Shown here: positions 33,469 to 44,407 of the stretch, in pieces | Layout: every line of letters starts with the position of its first letter | How positions within the stretch are numbered: position 1 is the first letter of the stretch | NCBI RefSeq assembly: GCF_000372725.1 | Contig: NW_005201912.1 | Span: 315,711-379,710, forward strand | DNA: 64,000 nucleotides | Source of the DNA: Emiliania huxleyi CCMP1516 | Lineage: Eukaryota | Reading direction: 5' to 3' | Position numbers and translations under genes: made by a program | The notes under the pieces: model-generated | The model's database searches: none | What the model was told of the DNA's origin: nothing | What the model saw: the letters and a program-made list of their open reading frames with translations, nothing else

Positions 33469-35042
33469 ATGCTCTGCCTCATCGCCGCCGCCCAGAGCTA
33501 CGTGCTCCAGCCGCAGCCTCTCGTCTCGCGCGGCGCCGTCGCCGCCGTCAGCAGATCTGGGCCGGTGGTTGCAGGTGCTACCCGCTCCGCACGCGCACAC
33601 AGCGCGCACGCACCCCGCTGGAGCTGGCACCGGCCGCTCGTGCCTCTCCCCACGACTCCGGGATTGCGGAGGCCGTCTCATGCAGCGAGCCACCGCGGCG
33701 GCAAGCAGCAACAGCAGCATGCACCCTGCTGATCCCCCGCCGTGTCACGGTCAGCTGTGGCCGTGGACGCCAAGACCGTGAAGACCCTCCGCGACGCGAC
33801 CGGCGCCGGCATGATGGACTGCAAGAAAGCGCTGATTGAGAGTGAGGGAGACATGGTGCGCGGCCTGCGCCCGCCTCTGCCTCTCGCCTCTCTCCTCACC
33901 GCTCCCTCCCTCCTCCCTCCTCTCTCGCCAAGCGGACTCGCCCTCACTCCTCCCTGTCGCCTCTCTCCTCCCTCCTCCCTCTCCCCCGCCCTTCAGCTCC
34001 GCCACCCGCCGCCGCCCCCATTGCCATCGCCGCCAACCCCGCCCGCTGCGCTGCACCCCTCCCGCTGCGCTGCAGGACGCCGCGACAGAGTCCCTTCGGA
34101 AGAAGGGTCTCGCGTCGGCGGAGAAGAAGTCGGGCCGCGCCACCAAGGAGGGCATCATCGAGACGTGCGCCCCCGGCTGCGGCGCCCCACCTCGCGCTGC
34201 GAGCCGCGCCTCTCCGCACCGGCTGCACGCTGCGTACGACTAGGTACATCCACACCGGCGCAAAGCTCGGCATCATGGTCGAGGTGAACTGCGAGACCGA
34301 CTTCGTCGCCAAGCGGCCGGAGTTCCAGGTGGAGCCCGCCACCGCACCCGCCGCACCCGCCGTTACCACCGGCGCCACCGCCACCGCCCCCCCTCCCGCG
34401 ACTACCGCCGCCGCCGGTGCCGCCAGCGCGAGTGGATGGCGTTGCTTTGCTGCAGAGAGTTGCTGGGCTCGCTCGCCCTGGGCACCACCCTGGGCACCAC
34501 TCTGCCCCGCCCCCTCCCTCCCCCCTCTGCCTCACTGCGAGCTCCACCCCGCTCCAGGAGCTCGCAAAGTCGCTGGCCATGTAATTAATTAATTAATTAA
34601 TTAATTAATAGGAGCTCGCAAAGTCGCTGGCCATGCAGATCGCCGCGTGCCCGACTGTCGAGGCGTCTCGAGCCTCCGCTCGAGGGTGTCCGCTCGAGGG
34701 GTGGCCGAGAGTCCTCGGGAAGAGGAGGGGGGGGGGCGAGAGTAGGCCATCTCGAGCGACGACATCTCGGCGGACTGGATCGCGAAGGAGAAGAAGATCG
34801 AGGCGGCCAGCGACGACCTGCAGGGGAAGCCCGAGCAGATCATCGAGAAGATCGTCAACGGGCGGGTGGAGAAGGCAATCAAGACCAAGCTGCTTCTCGA
34901 GCAGCCGTACATCCGCGACTCGGGCATGACGGTCGACGAGTTCGTCAAGGGGTACACCGCCAAGCTGGGCGAGAACATCAAGGTGGCCCGCTTTGCGCGC
35001 TTCACGGTCGGCGGCGGCGCGGAGGAGGCTGAGGAGGCGTGA
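33469..35042 (+). CDS. tsf: Plastid elongation factor Ts (short cyanobacterial type), multi-exon
   Basis: [54 protein letters not shown]; bipartite presequence. Confidence 0.95.
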
Positions 35043-35575
35043 GGAGTCCTGCTGCGGACCCACCGCAGACCAAGGCGTTTCGCCCTTGGACGACGAGTGT
35101 GAAGAGTCACAACGAGAGGGAGGGAGAGAGAGAACAACGACGGTGTCGGGCCCGACGAGCGTGCCACCCGCAGTGCGTTGGGGGGGTGGGGGTAACGTCC
35201 AAGCGAGCGACCCACGAGAGTGGCCCTCTCGCGGCTCGGTGTTCGTCGGTGACGGTGTTTTTCCGGCGCGCTGTCGTCGCCTGTGCGCTGTATGTTGTAC
35301 CAGCAGCATGTTGTACCCAGAATACCCTCCGGAGGCTCCGCGACTGCGGCGCGCGGCACGTATGACGTATTGTTGTAAGAACAAGAACCCGGGCCCGGCC
35401 GCCGGCGCGCGCCGCGCGCCGCGGAGTCCGCGGCGACGGGCGAGATATCGGACTGTCGGTATTCTGGACAGAGTCACAAGCAGCGAGGATCTAGCCCGGT
35501 AACTTAGCCCCCCCCCCCCCCTGTCCTAGATATGCTGATGATCTCAGCGCATGCGTGTGTGTAGGTGTGCGGTCC

Positions 35576-36247
35576 TCATGCTGCGTGTCTGACGGACATG
35601 AGGGTAAGGACTGCCGAGAGAGCTCCCGGCCCTGGCGGCGAGAGGGGTGCCTCCCCGTGGGAGCACCGTTGCGCGTCGCCCTTTGCGAGAGCCTCGAGCG
35701 CCGCGCGCATATCGTTCTGCTGCAACTGCGATCGATCCAGCGACATCGCTGGGCCGTCGCGATTGCCCAGGAATGGCCGCTTCGAGCTTGCACATTCGGG
35801 GCTCTGCCCACCACTGGCGGCGGCTCGCTCAGCCGGGCAGAGCCGTTTTCGCTTCGTCGGCACATGTGGTAAGCACTCGAGGTTAAGGCGCGAGCAACGC
35901 GTGCAAGCAACACCGGACTCAAAGATGCACTTCACCTTGGCACGGCGGCAGTTCGTGCATGCCGTCTTGACCGGCGGCTGGTCGGACTCACATGGAATCT
36001 GCAATGCGCACACACGAACCATGTCAGCGGAGGGGTTGGGGAGGGAGGGGGGTAGGGGGAGGGGGCGGACCTTGAGGCGCACGCAACGCGGACACGGTCG
36101 CTGGGTCGCGTGGCAGGCGGTCTTAGCCCGCTGGCAGCCCCTGCACGCGCGGAGTGTCCCCAGCTTTGCCGGCGACTCACCAAATGAGGAGCTCGAGGAG
36201 AGCACTATGGAGGGAGTGCGGGCTGCACTATGGTATAAGACGCCCAT
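35576..36247 (-). CDS. Transcription factor with two Zn2Cys6 clusters
   Basis: ACRGCQRAKTAC....PCPRC.....C and ACTNCRRAKVKC......CTRC......C; in-frame intron ~36003-36070; start uncertain. Confidence 0.8.
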   Translation of the reverse strand: MGVLYHSAARTPSIVLSSSSSFGESPAKLGTLRACRGCQRAKTACHATQRPCPRCVRLKVRPLPLPPSLPNPSADMVRVCALQIPCESDQPPVKTACTNCRRAKVKCIFESGVACTRCSRLNLECLPHVPTKRKRLCPAERAAASGGQSPECASSKRPFLGNRDGPAMSLDRSQLQQNDMRAALEALAKGDAQRCSHGEAPLSPPGPGALSAVLTLMSVRHAA

Positions 36248-36456
36248 AGAGCCGTCATTTAATATAGCTCTAGCCGTCCGTCTTCCACATGGTCCCTCGA
36301 GTCCCTGCTGCTCCTCCTCTCTTCGTACAGCCGATGTGGGAAAGGAGGAATTTAATTCGTGGAAGGAGTTCGACGTCCTCCGGTTCGCGCCAAGCAAGCA
36401 ATCGGGCCAAACTCCTTCCGCGACAACGCGCTTGCTTCTGCGTGGACCTGCATAGG

Positions 36457-38502
36457 ATGGACTCGCTGCGCCTGTCCGGCTCCGCTTCTGCGTGGGCGAG
36501 CCTGTTTGAGTCGAGGAAGAGAGCGCTCGTCACGGTGCAAGAGGAACCGAGCACGAGTGCTCACGCCGAGAGCGTTGCGCTCAGCAACGCAGAGGAAGGC
36601 CTTATAACCCCCGAAGTGAACATCGAGGATGACATCCCAAGCAGCGCCAACGATGAGGGCAAGCCGCAGCACCGGCTCGCCCACCTCCGCCACAGCACCG
36701 CGCAGGCCAGCGCCATCTCGCAATACATCGCCGCCGCGTCCACGCTGCGCCCACCTCGGCTGATCCGGCGGGGCATCCGCGTGTCGGAGGCTCTCTTTCG
36801 CTGGCGGTCGGTATTCCACAACAATCCAGACAGCATGCCAGAGGAGCGGCGGGCCGAGCTGTACTCACGCTCAGAGGTGGTCGAGGAGTTTGACGCGTTT
36901 GTGAGCCACAGTTGGGCCGGCCCAGGCACGGCCAAGTGGCTCGCGCTGGCACTCGAGGAGGCCGGGGTCGTCCCGATGATGGCGACCATCGCCGTCTGCC
37001 TCGCCTCGATGGCGATTCAGCGAATCTGGGGTCTTCCCGGCGACGCGTGGAGGACGTTCCGTCCGGAGGACGCCGGGCTCCTCGCCATCGAGACTGAGGA
37101 CGAGCCTCTTCTGATTGATATGCTCCCCTCCATCGAGCCGGCGGCAGACGACACGCTGATGGTGCTGTCCCCGTGGATCTTTGGCTCCGGGCTGATCGCC
37201 GCCCTGGTCGCTGGATCCCTCCGGCTGGCGCTCAGCAACCGCACCTACTTTGTGGATTGCTGCTGCATCCACCAGACGGACCCGGCCAAGAAGCTCCGAG
37301 GCATTCGGCACTTGGGCGGCTTCCTTTCCCTCTCGTCCCAGCTCACCGTGCTCTGGGATGACACCTACTTCACGCGCCTTTGGTGCCCTCTCTCCGCACC
37401 CACCTCCCCCCCAGCTCCACTCTCCCGCTCACCCTTGAGCTTCCACCCCAGGTGCGTGTACGAGCTAGCCACATTTCGAGCCCTCCACCCCCGCCGGCCG
37501 GTGGGATTCCTCCCGCTCCGCTTCTGCGTAACCTTTGTGGTCGGGTTGATTGTGATGGTGGTCTACTTTGCCTGTCTGGCAGTGTGGCTCGCAGAGCTCC
37601 TCCGCATCCCCGACCCCAACGACCATGTCGACGATTCGTCCCTTTTCTGGCTCTCAGTGTGCCTGCACTGGGGCGCAACCTTCTTGGCCTGCACAACGGG
37701 CGTCCTGATCGGCGCCGACATGGAGCTGCAGCGAAGCACGCTCCGCCAACAGCTGCGTTCCTTCGATGCCAGCAAGGCTGACTGCTCCAGCGAGACCGAC
37801 CGAGCGGAGATTCTCGCCGCGATCGATGGGATTTACGAGGGCGTTGGCGGGATCGACGCGTTCAACCGGATGGTGGCCACACAAATGAAGGAGCAATTCT
37901 TGCCAATGATCTCGACCCGGCAGCTCGTCCGCAAGCGCCTGTCTGTGTGGTGGATTGGAGGCTGCTGCCTGCTGGCCTTATTTTGCAACTCCACGGCTGC
38001 CGCGCCGCCGCTGGCGCAGGGCGTGACTGCCATCTCTTGCATCGGCTGGCTGATCGCGGGCATCCCCCTCTTTGCGTCCTTGACCATTGAGCGGGGCGCG
38101 CAAGTGGTCCAGTCCCTCGCCGAATCCAACCTGACGCGCCTCCCTCAGCTCCTCTCCAACGGCCCGGCCGCGCGCGGGCTTCTGCTGGCCGGCTGGCGCA
38201 CCGCCACCGAGGACATGCTCCTGCAGTTTGCCACCTTTGGCATCATCTTCGTCGCCGTCTGCCTCGACCACGAGCGGTTTGGCCTGGATGCGGCGGGGTG
38301 CGTGGCGCTCGCCCTCTGCCTTCACTTGGGCATCGCGCTTGGTGCTTACCGGATGCTCTCGGAGCCGAGGACGAAGGCGGCGAGGTTCTCGTCAAAGAGA
38401 CTCAACAACTATGACTTTGCTCGCCCTGCACACGTGCCCCCCGTCGACGAGGAGGCGCGAGAGGGAGAAGGAGCGAGGCCTTTCAGTCGCGTCTCTGTGT
38501 AG
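36457..38502 (+). CDS. Multi-TM protein with a split TIR-like domain
   Basis: FDAFVSHSW, YFVDCCCIHQ, LWDDTYFTRLW/CVYEL, FDASKADCS.E.DR..I; several hydrophobic helices; short in-frame intron ~37383-37451. Confidence 0.75.
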   Translation: MDSLRLSGSASAWASLFESRKRALVTVQEEPSTSAHAESVALSNAEEGLITPEVNIEDDIPSSANDEGKPQHRLAHLRHSTAQASAISQYIAAASTLRPPRLIRRGIRVSEALFRWRSVFHNNPDSMPEERRAELYSRSEVVEEFDAFVSHSWAGPGTAKWLALALEEAGVVPMMATIAVCLASMAIQRIWGLPGDAWRTFRPEDAGLLAIETEDEPLLIDMLPSIEPAADDTLMVLSPWIFGSGLIAALVAGSLRLALSNRTYFVDCCCIHQTDPAKKLRGIRHLGGFLSLSSQLTVLWDDTYFTRLWCPLSAPTSPPAPLSRSPLSFHPRCVYELATFRALHPRRPVGFLPLRFCVTFVVGLIVMVVYFACLAVWLAELLRIPDPNDHVDDSSLFWLSVCLHWGATFLACTTGVLIGADMELQRSTLRQQLRSFDASKADCSSETDRAEILAAIDGIYEGVGGIDAFNRMVATQMKEQFLPMISTRQLVRKRLSVWWIGGCCLLALFCNSTAAAPPLAQGVTAISCIGWLIAGIPLFASLTIERGAQVVQSLAESNLTRLPQLLSNGPAARGLLLAGWRTATEDMLLQFATFGIIFVAVCLDHERFGLDAAGCVALALCLHLGIALGAYRMLSEPRTKAARFSSKRLNNYDFARPAHVPPVDEEAREGEGARPFSRVSV

Positions 38503-38646
38503 CGGTGTAGGACAGAGACGAGCACTCACCCTAGTACGCGTGTGTCTTTGACACTGCCCTCAGTCATTTGATATTTGGTTGTGCGTGCGGTGTGATTTGG
38601 AGTCTCGGATCCGGTACTTTTTTCTTTTTTTCTGCTTGCGCCAGCA

Positions 38647-39420
38647 ATGGAGGGCGGGCCATCGCTTGAGCTGCTCGTTGGGCATGCGCTGGTGCGCGTG
38701 GATGAGGCTGGCGAAGTGTGCGATCGTCTCGAGGCGGAAACCAAGCAAGCATTTCACTCGCTGGAGTCTCGCCTACAGGCTTCCGCGGAAGCCACCGTGC
38801 AGGCGCTCGAGCAACGCATGTCGGACCTGGTGTTGGGACATGTCAAGCAGCTCGAGACGCAGAATTCTGAGCTGAGGAATCTGGTGACACAGCTACAGCT
38901 GCAGGTGCAGCAGCTGCAGGCGCAGCCCGCGATCGTCTCCTGTGGCCAGGCTCGTAAGCAAGGCCATCCATCCTTGAAAGAGATGCGGGCAATGGGGGTC
39001 ACAATTGCTGAGGCTAAGTACGGCGGGTACGAAAGCGCAGAGGCAGGTGCGGCGGGCTACTCGGCAACAGAAATGCGTGCTTCGGGCTATACAGTGGAAG
39101 AGGTCAAGAGTTCCCTCACAGCGCTGAAGCCGAGCGGTATGACATGCGCAGATGCGAAGGCTGCAGGCTATGTGGATGGGCTCAAGGCCGCAGGTTACTC
39201 GCTGCAAGAGGCCAAGGCGGCAGGCTACTCGCCAGCAGAGCGGCGGCGCGCTGGTTACACCTGTGCTGACTTCAAGGCGGCTAACTTGACGTGTCGCGAG
39301 GCGGAAGCAGCGGGCTTCTCGTCGCGCGAGGGGATGACCGCGGACTATTATTGCTGCGGCAGTGGAGGTTACTACAGCCACGATTGGCATTGCAGTGACC
39401 CTCGAGCGTGTAATAAATAA
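38647..39420 (+). CDS. Coiled-coil protein with ~10-aa EAKAAGYS-type repeats
   Basis: Intronless 257-aa ORF with recurring AGY[S/T]xxE motifs. Confidence 0.7.
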   Translation: MEGGPSLELLVGHALVRVDEAGEVCDRLEAETKQAFHSLESRLQASAEATVQALEQRMSDLVLGHVKQLETQNSELRNLVTQLQLQVQQLQAQPAIVSCGQARKQGHPSLKEMRAMGVTIAEAKYGGYESAEAGAAGYSATEMRASGYTVEEVKSSLTALKPSGMTCADAKAAGYVDGLKAAGYSLQEAKAAGYSPAERRRAGYTCADFKAANLTCREAEAAGFSSREGMTADYYCCGSGGYYSHDWHCSDPRACNK

Positions 39421-39910
39421 ATAAATAAAGACGCCAGGACGGGGCCGTGCGACGAAGAACCTAACCTGGTGGAGCAGGCCTCCCGAGATGGTCGCGCAGA
39501 AGAAAAACTCCGTCGGACGCGTCCTCGGGCTCGGGGCCGCCCCGCGTCGACAGCAGACCCTATAGCGTGAGCCCTTCAGCGCAGCGACATGCGCTATCCT
39601 CAGCGTCTTCAGCGTATCCTTGTGCTTTTCTTCGACAGCAGCAGAGGACACCCTTTTCCTTGCTGAAGAGCGGCACCCAACGACGCGACGCGCTGCCGAC
39701 GGGGAGGATGTGGTACTGGCTTTGGTATCGGCAGCGCATCGTGCCGACCAGCTGGCTTTGGTATCGACAGCGCATCGCGCCGACCAGCCCCAGTTCGACT
39801 TCGTCTCTTTCCTGGTCTGCAGCTTCTTGTCTGTACCAGTGACCCCTTCTACTCCACCTAGGTGCACGCTGCAGAAGCAGTGTCGTCCCCCCTCTCCCCG
39901 ACGGCGATGG

Positions 39911-40075
39911 CGGTGTGACCGATCGAGCTACAAGAGGAGCTTGTTCAGCAGGATCCGGACCGTCGGATGCACTACCTCACTGGGCCTGAGAACATCGCAC
40001 GACCAGCCCCTCACCACTCCGGGTTTGCGTGGAGTCGAACCACTCCGGTATGGGCGAGCCCACATTGATTTGAAT
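39911..40075 (+). repeat. Dispersed repeat, inverted homolog of 50603-50803
   Basis: Shared ggtgtgaccgatcga..agaggagcttgttcagc..gtcggatgcactacctcactgggcctgaga..cgaaccactccggtatgg. Confidence 0.8.
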
Positions 40076-40870
40076 CGAGTCCTCTCTCGCCATCTGGTTA
40101 ATTGTCAAAATTCCTGTGCAAGAGGGGAGGGAGGGGGCTCTGACGGAGTGAGTGTGTGGCGGGAGAGGGCAGGGAACGAGCGCAGGGGAGTGGGGGGGGG
40201 GGGGGGGGGGGAGTTGGGGGCTCAGCCGTGCAAAAAGCATCAATTAGCAATAGTAAATGAAGAAATATTGCTCGGCCGTTCATGAAGTCCGTCTCGTTCT
40301 GGAGGAGACGGGTCACCCCCGTGAGGACCAGATCAGGTTCACATTGTCGTAGCCGGAGGGGATGTTGACCTTTAGCTGCTGGGGGCACCCTCCCGCCTTG
40401 GTTTTTTCCCCACAGACACCTCGGGCAACTTTTACCAAATGCCAAAGTTGCACTTTACTCGGGCAAACTCGATGAAACGGCGGACGGAAAACGCGTTCGC
40501 GGTCGCTCGCCGGAGAGCTATGCATGAAGCGGCCGGCGCGCCGCCGCAGCTCACCGATGGAGCCTGCGCCGCGGCTCAATCCACTGACGCAGCAGCATTG
40601 CGACACATTCTCCAAGCACGGCCTCTGGCGTGGCGATTGCACAGAGAGCGAGCAATAGGCGACAAAAGCACAGATCTGTGTGCAGTGGATCTCCATGGCG
40701 GTCGCGCCCAGCGAGAGGACAACCGCGGGCCTCGGATGCTCGCCCGGACGCGGACCCGCCGCGCGAGTTGCGGACCCGGAGGCGGCCGGCCCAGCTCACC
40801 CCCAGAGAGGCCATGCCCAGGGTCAGGCATAAAAGGGGGGTGTTTTTCCGTCCGTCCTACATCGTTTGTT

Positions 40871-41039
40871 GTAGAGATTTCACGTTGTAGAGCGCCTCTA
40901 CATCGCTCTACAGGCGACTCACATCGTCACGCGGCGGATGTAGAGCTCTACAGCTCTACAGCGCTCTCCAGCGCTCTACAGCTCTACAGCTCTACAGCTC
41001 GACAGCGCTCTACACTCTACATCCTCTACACCCTCCCTG
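40871..41039 (-). mobile_element. Probable DNA transposon end with CTCTACA subterminal repeats
   Basis: About 10 ctctaca/gtagag motifs in both orientations ending ...caccctccctg (CAGGG on minus, hAT-like); partner end not found. Confidence 0.45.
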
Positions 41040-41682
41040 AGTACACGTAAGCCGCGCGCGGAGCGCGCCGGAGAGGGGCTGATGGAGGTCTCCATCTCAT
41101 TACTTTCGACAGACAGTGAACCCAAATAACAATAACAAAACTGATTCTCCGATTCGCCCACGCTGCCGTACGTAAATGGCAGGTACACACATGCATGGGT
41201 GGTCATTCTCATGTGGGGATGGGGCGAACACGCACGAGCGCCGAGAGAACACACAACTCCAAAAACTGGGACCACAGACCCCACACGTGTATCCGCGACT
41301 CTCAGCGCATGTAGTACGGAGCAGGTGAAGCGCCGGCCGATCGTATAGCGCGATCGCACCGTGCTCGGCCGAAAACATTATCGCTCGCTCATCTCTCGGG
41401 AGCGGTCAAAATTGGCATCGGTGCGGCTCTGGCGGTCCGACAGGGGGGGGGTTCCCGGCAAAGGCGCAGAGCAGACGCCGGATGCGGGTGGGGGAAAGGG
41501 AAAAGCGCGCGCAAGGCAACCTCGGGCCGCGGCCAGGAGGAGGGGCCGCGGGGGCAGCGACGAGGTTCAGTTTTCAGCATCTGCCTGCAAATTTCTCCTT
41601 CGAACAGGTTCGAGCCGGAGCCGCCGCCCTCCTTGCTGGCCGAGGCCTCGAGCAGCGCCGCGGCGGCGGCCGACTCCTCCTC

Positions 41683-43406
41683 CTACGAGCCGCGCCGCAC
41701 CACCTCGCGCCGGGCAACCTCGTCCACGATGGAGTCGTGGTCCTTGGTGTACTCCTTGGTGTCCCGCGGCCGCTTGAGGCTCACCTGTGGTCGCGTCTCG
41801 GACGCGTCACGGGCCTCTGGGACGGCGCAGGCAGGGGGGGTGGGAGCGTCGCCTCCTCGTCGCCGTCGATGTCCTCGACGTAGTAGCCCAAGTCGTGCGA
41901 CCCGACGAACGACCCCGCCGCGACGCCACCACCGCCCCAGCCCGCGCCGCCGCCCCCGCCCGCCGCTTCTCGCGCCCACCCATCGCCTCCTCCGCCTCCT
42001 CCGCCTCCTCCGCCTCCTCCGACCAATTGGGCGAGCGGCGGGGCCCTGTGCTCGTCCTGCGGTGCCTCGAGCGTCTCCGTCGACGACTCGGCCGCGAGCG
42101 GAGGCGCCGGCACCTCCCACAAGCTCGCCTGCGCGACCGGTTCGCCGCGCTGCAGCGCCTCGAGCGTGGAGGGGGTCGCGGAGGGGATCGCGGCGACCGC
42201 GGCAGGGGCCGCGCGGGCGGGGACCGGGCCGACAGCCCCTAGGGGGGGCGGCGCGACGGGGGCCGGAGGCGAGGCGGCCGGGACGGCGCCCGAGCTGGCA
42301 TCCGAGGGGGGAGCACCGCCATGAGGGGCCTCCGCCGCCGCCTGCGCCGCCGCCTGCCCCCCCGCCTGCATCATCCCCGCCTGCATCATCCCCGCCTGCG
42401 CCGCCGCCTGCATCGACGCCTGTCCCGACATCATCGCGGCCGCCTGCACCTTCAGGTCGGTGGAGCCGCCGCCGCGCCAACCGTCGTGCACAGCGAGCAT
42501 CTGCGAGAGGGACATCGAATCGGCGAGCGACCGCTGCAGGTGCATCGAGTACGACGAGCAGAGCGCAGCGGTCAGCGACGCCTGGTCGGGCGCGGCCACG
42601 GGCGCGACCGCCGGCAGGCCCGCCACCGTCGGGGAGTTGGGGGCGGCGCCGGGCTGAAGGCCCTGTGCGCCGCCCCACAAGTCTTCGAGGCCCACAGCCG
42701 AGGGCGGCATGGGTTGCAGCGGCGGCAGCGGCGGCAAAGACTGCAGCGCCGCCTCCTGCGCCCGGGCCAGGTCGAGGCTCGGGTAGGGCGGGCGCTCGCG
42801 GGTCTGCCGCCGCTTCATGCGAACGCGGGGGATGCACGGCCGGCCGCGCTCGACGCAAGAGAGGCACGAGCCGCACTGGAGCATCGTGCAGCGGAGCTTG
42901 GCCTTCCAGCACGCCATGCACGCCTGCGGGGGCGATGTGGGGGCGTCGTCAAGCGGCGAGGGCGGCGGCAAAATGGCGCGGGCGAGGAGAGGGAGGGCGA
43001 GAGCGAGGACGAGAGCAAGAGCAAGAGCGATGGTGAGAGCGAGCGAGGGCGATAGGCGACATGGAAGGCGAGGGTGAGGGCGATGGCGGGCGAGAGGGAG
43101 GGCGAGCGCGAGGGCGAGGGCGCTCTGAGAGCAAGAGCGAAGCGCGAGCGCGAGCGTTTGAGAGCGATGGCAAGGGAGGGCGCGGGCGAGGCTCCTCTCC
43201 TGCTTTGCCCGCCTCCTCTCGCCGCTCGGGTAAAATGCAGTCTCGCCAGGCTGCAGCGGCAGCGGCTGGAAGCGGGGGTCAAGCGAAGTCATCGCCACAA
43301 TCTGCGGCGCGACGACGACCTGTCCCAGCTGCTGCTGGGGCGCAGATATAGTCGGCGGTACCATGAACATTGTTTGTGCGTTGTTCCAGCCCGGCATGGG
43401 CAGCAT
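41683..43406 (-). CDS. Zn2Cys6 transcription factor, multi-exon; 3' end uncertain
   Basis: RRRAKQ/ACMACWKAKLRC......CLSCVERGRPC followed by Q/P/A-rich regions. Confidence 0.75.
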
Positions 43407-44407
43407 CGGGGCTCTTCTGAGCCGAAAACAGGAGGCCAGCAACTCAACGATTGCTAGAGCTCTTATGAACACCCAAGGCGAGGTTTCCAAGCCACGGCTT
43501 GAACATTCTCTCGAGGCGCCGTTCACACCCGCCTGCCGAGAGAGAGATTTTTAGCAATACCAAACAACTCTAACACTCACACGTCATTTGGGGCCTGGAG
43601 CCCCTGCAGACTGTAGTTTATGGTGGTTCAAGGTGTCGGCTCGAGATTTTGCGTCTTCAAAGGGTGGCTGTCCTCTTCGCTGAGCGCACAGCCACGGTGC
43701 CGGCCTTGCCATACGGTCTGCTTGCGAGCGTGTTCTGCACGTTCCTGGCAGTCGCCGTCGCAGCGCCAATAGGCACCGCTCGCCAACAGGTTAGCCATAC
43801 CGAGGCGGGTCCGTGGGTGAACGCCGCAGGGTCACAACCCCTGGGCCAGTTGTTGGTGGATCGCGGATGCAGCTTTAAGGCTCTGCCGGCGGATCTGTGG
43901 CCTGGCGTATGCCAGGCTGCGGGTCCAAAGTGTCCCGGCGCGGCGCGCGCCACCGCCCCTGGCGCGGGGCGGGATGTCAGTACGTGAGTACGGTGTCCCT
44001 GTCCCTGTGCTCCACCTTGGCTTGAGTCAGGCTTCGGGCCTGGCCTAATCGCTCGCGCGCGGGTGTGCCTGCTTGGCTCAAGCCAAACAACAACAAACAC
44101 TTATGGCTCTCTGATGCCCAATGCGTGCACTCGTCCCTCTCTGTATGTGTGGGTTCGTGTGTGCGGTTGACGAGAAGGGTTTCGAGCACCCTGTGCGGAA
44201 TGTCGACAAAGGTGGTCACAGTCCATGCGCTCGCCAGGTGCAGCGCGGCGGCGACGAGCATACTTTTTAGCTCGTTTCAACGTTCACCGCCGGGCGTCAC
44301 CCTGCAAATGGCGGGCATGTTGTGTGTAACTGAAAAAACAAAAACAAAACCAATTATCGCGGGGGAGGGGGGGGGGGCTAGAAAAAGATTCCCCTTAAGT
44401 TTCAGAA

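Noticed and set aside
39430..40850. ORFs in the degenerate region after the AGY-repeat gene
   Set aside because: Fragmented, with no recognisable motifs; probably decayed repeats.
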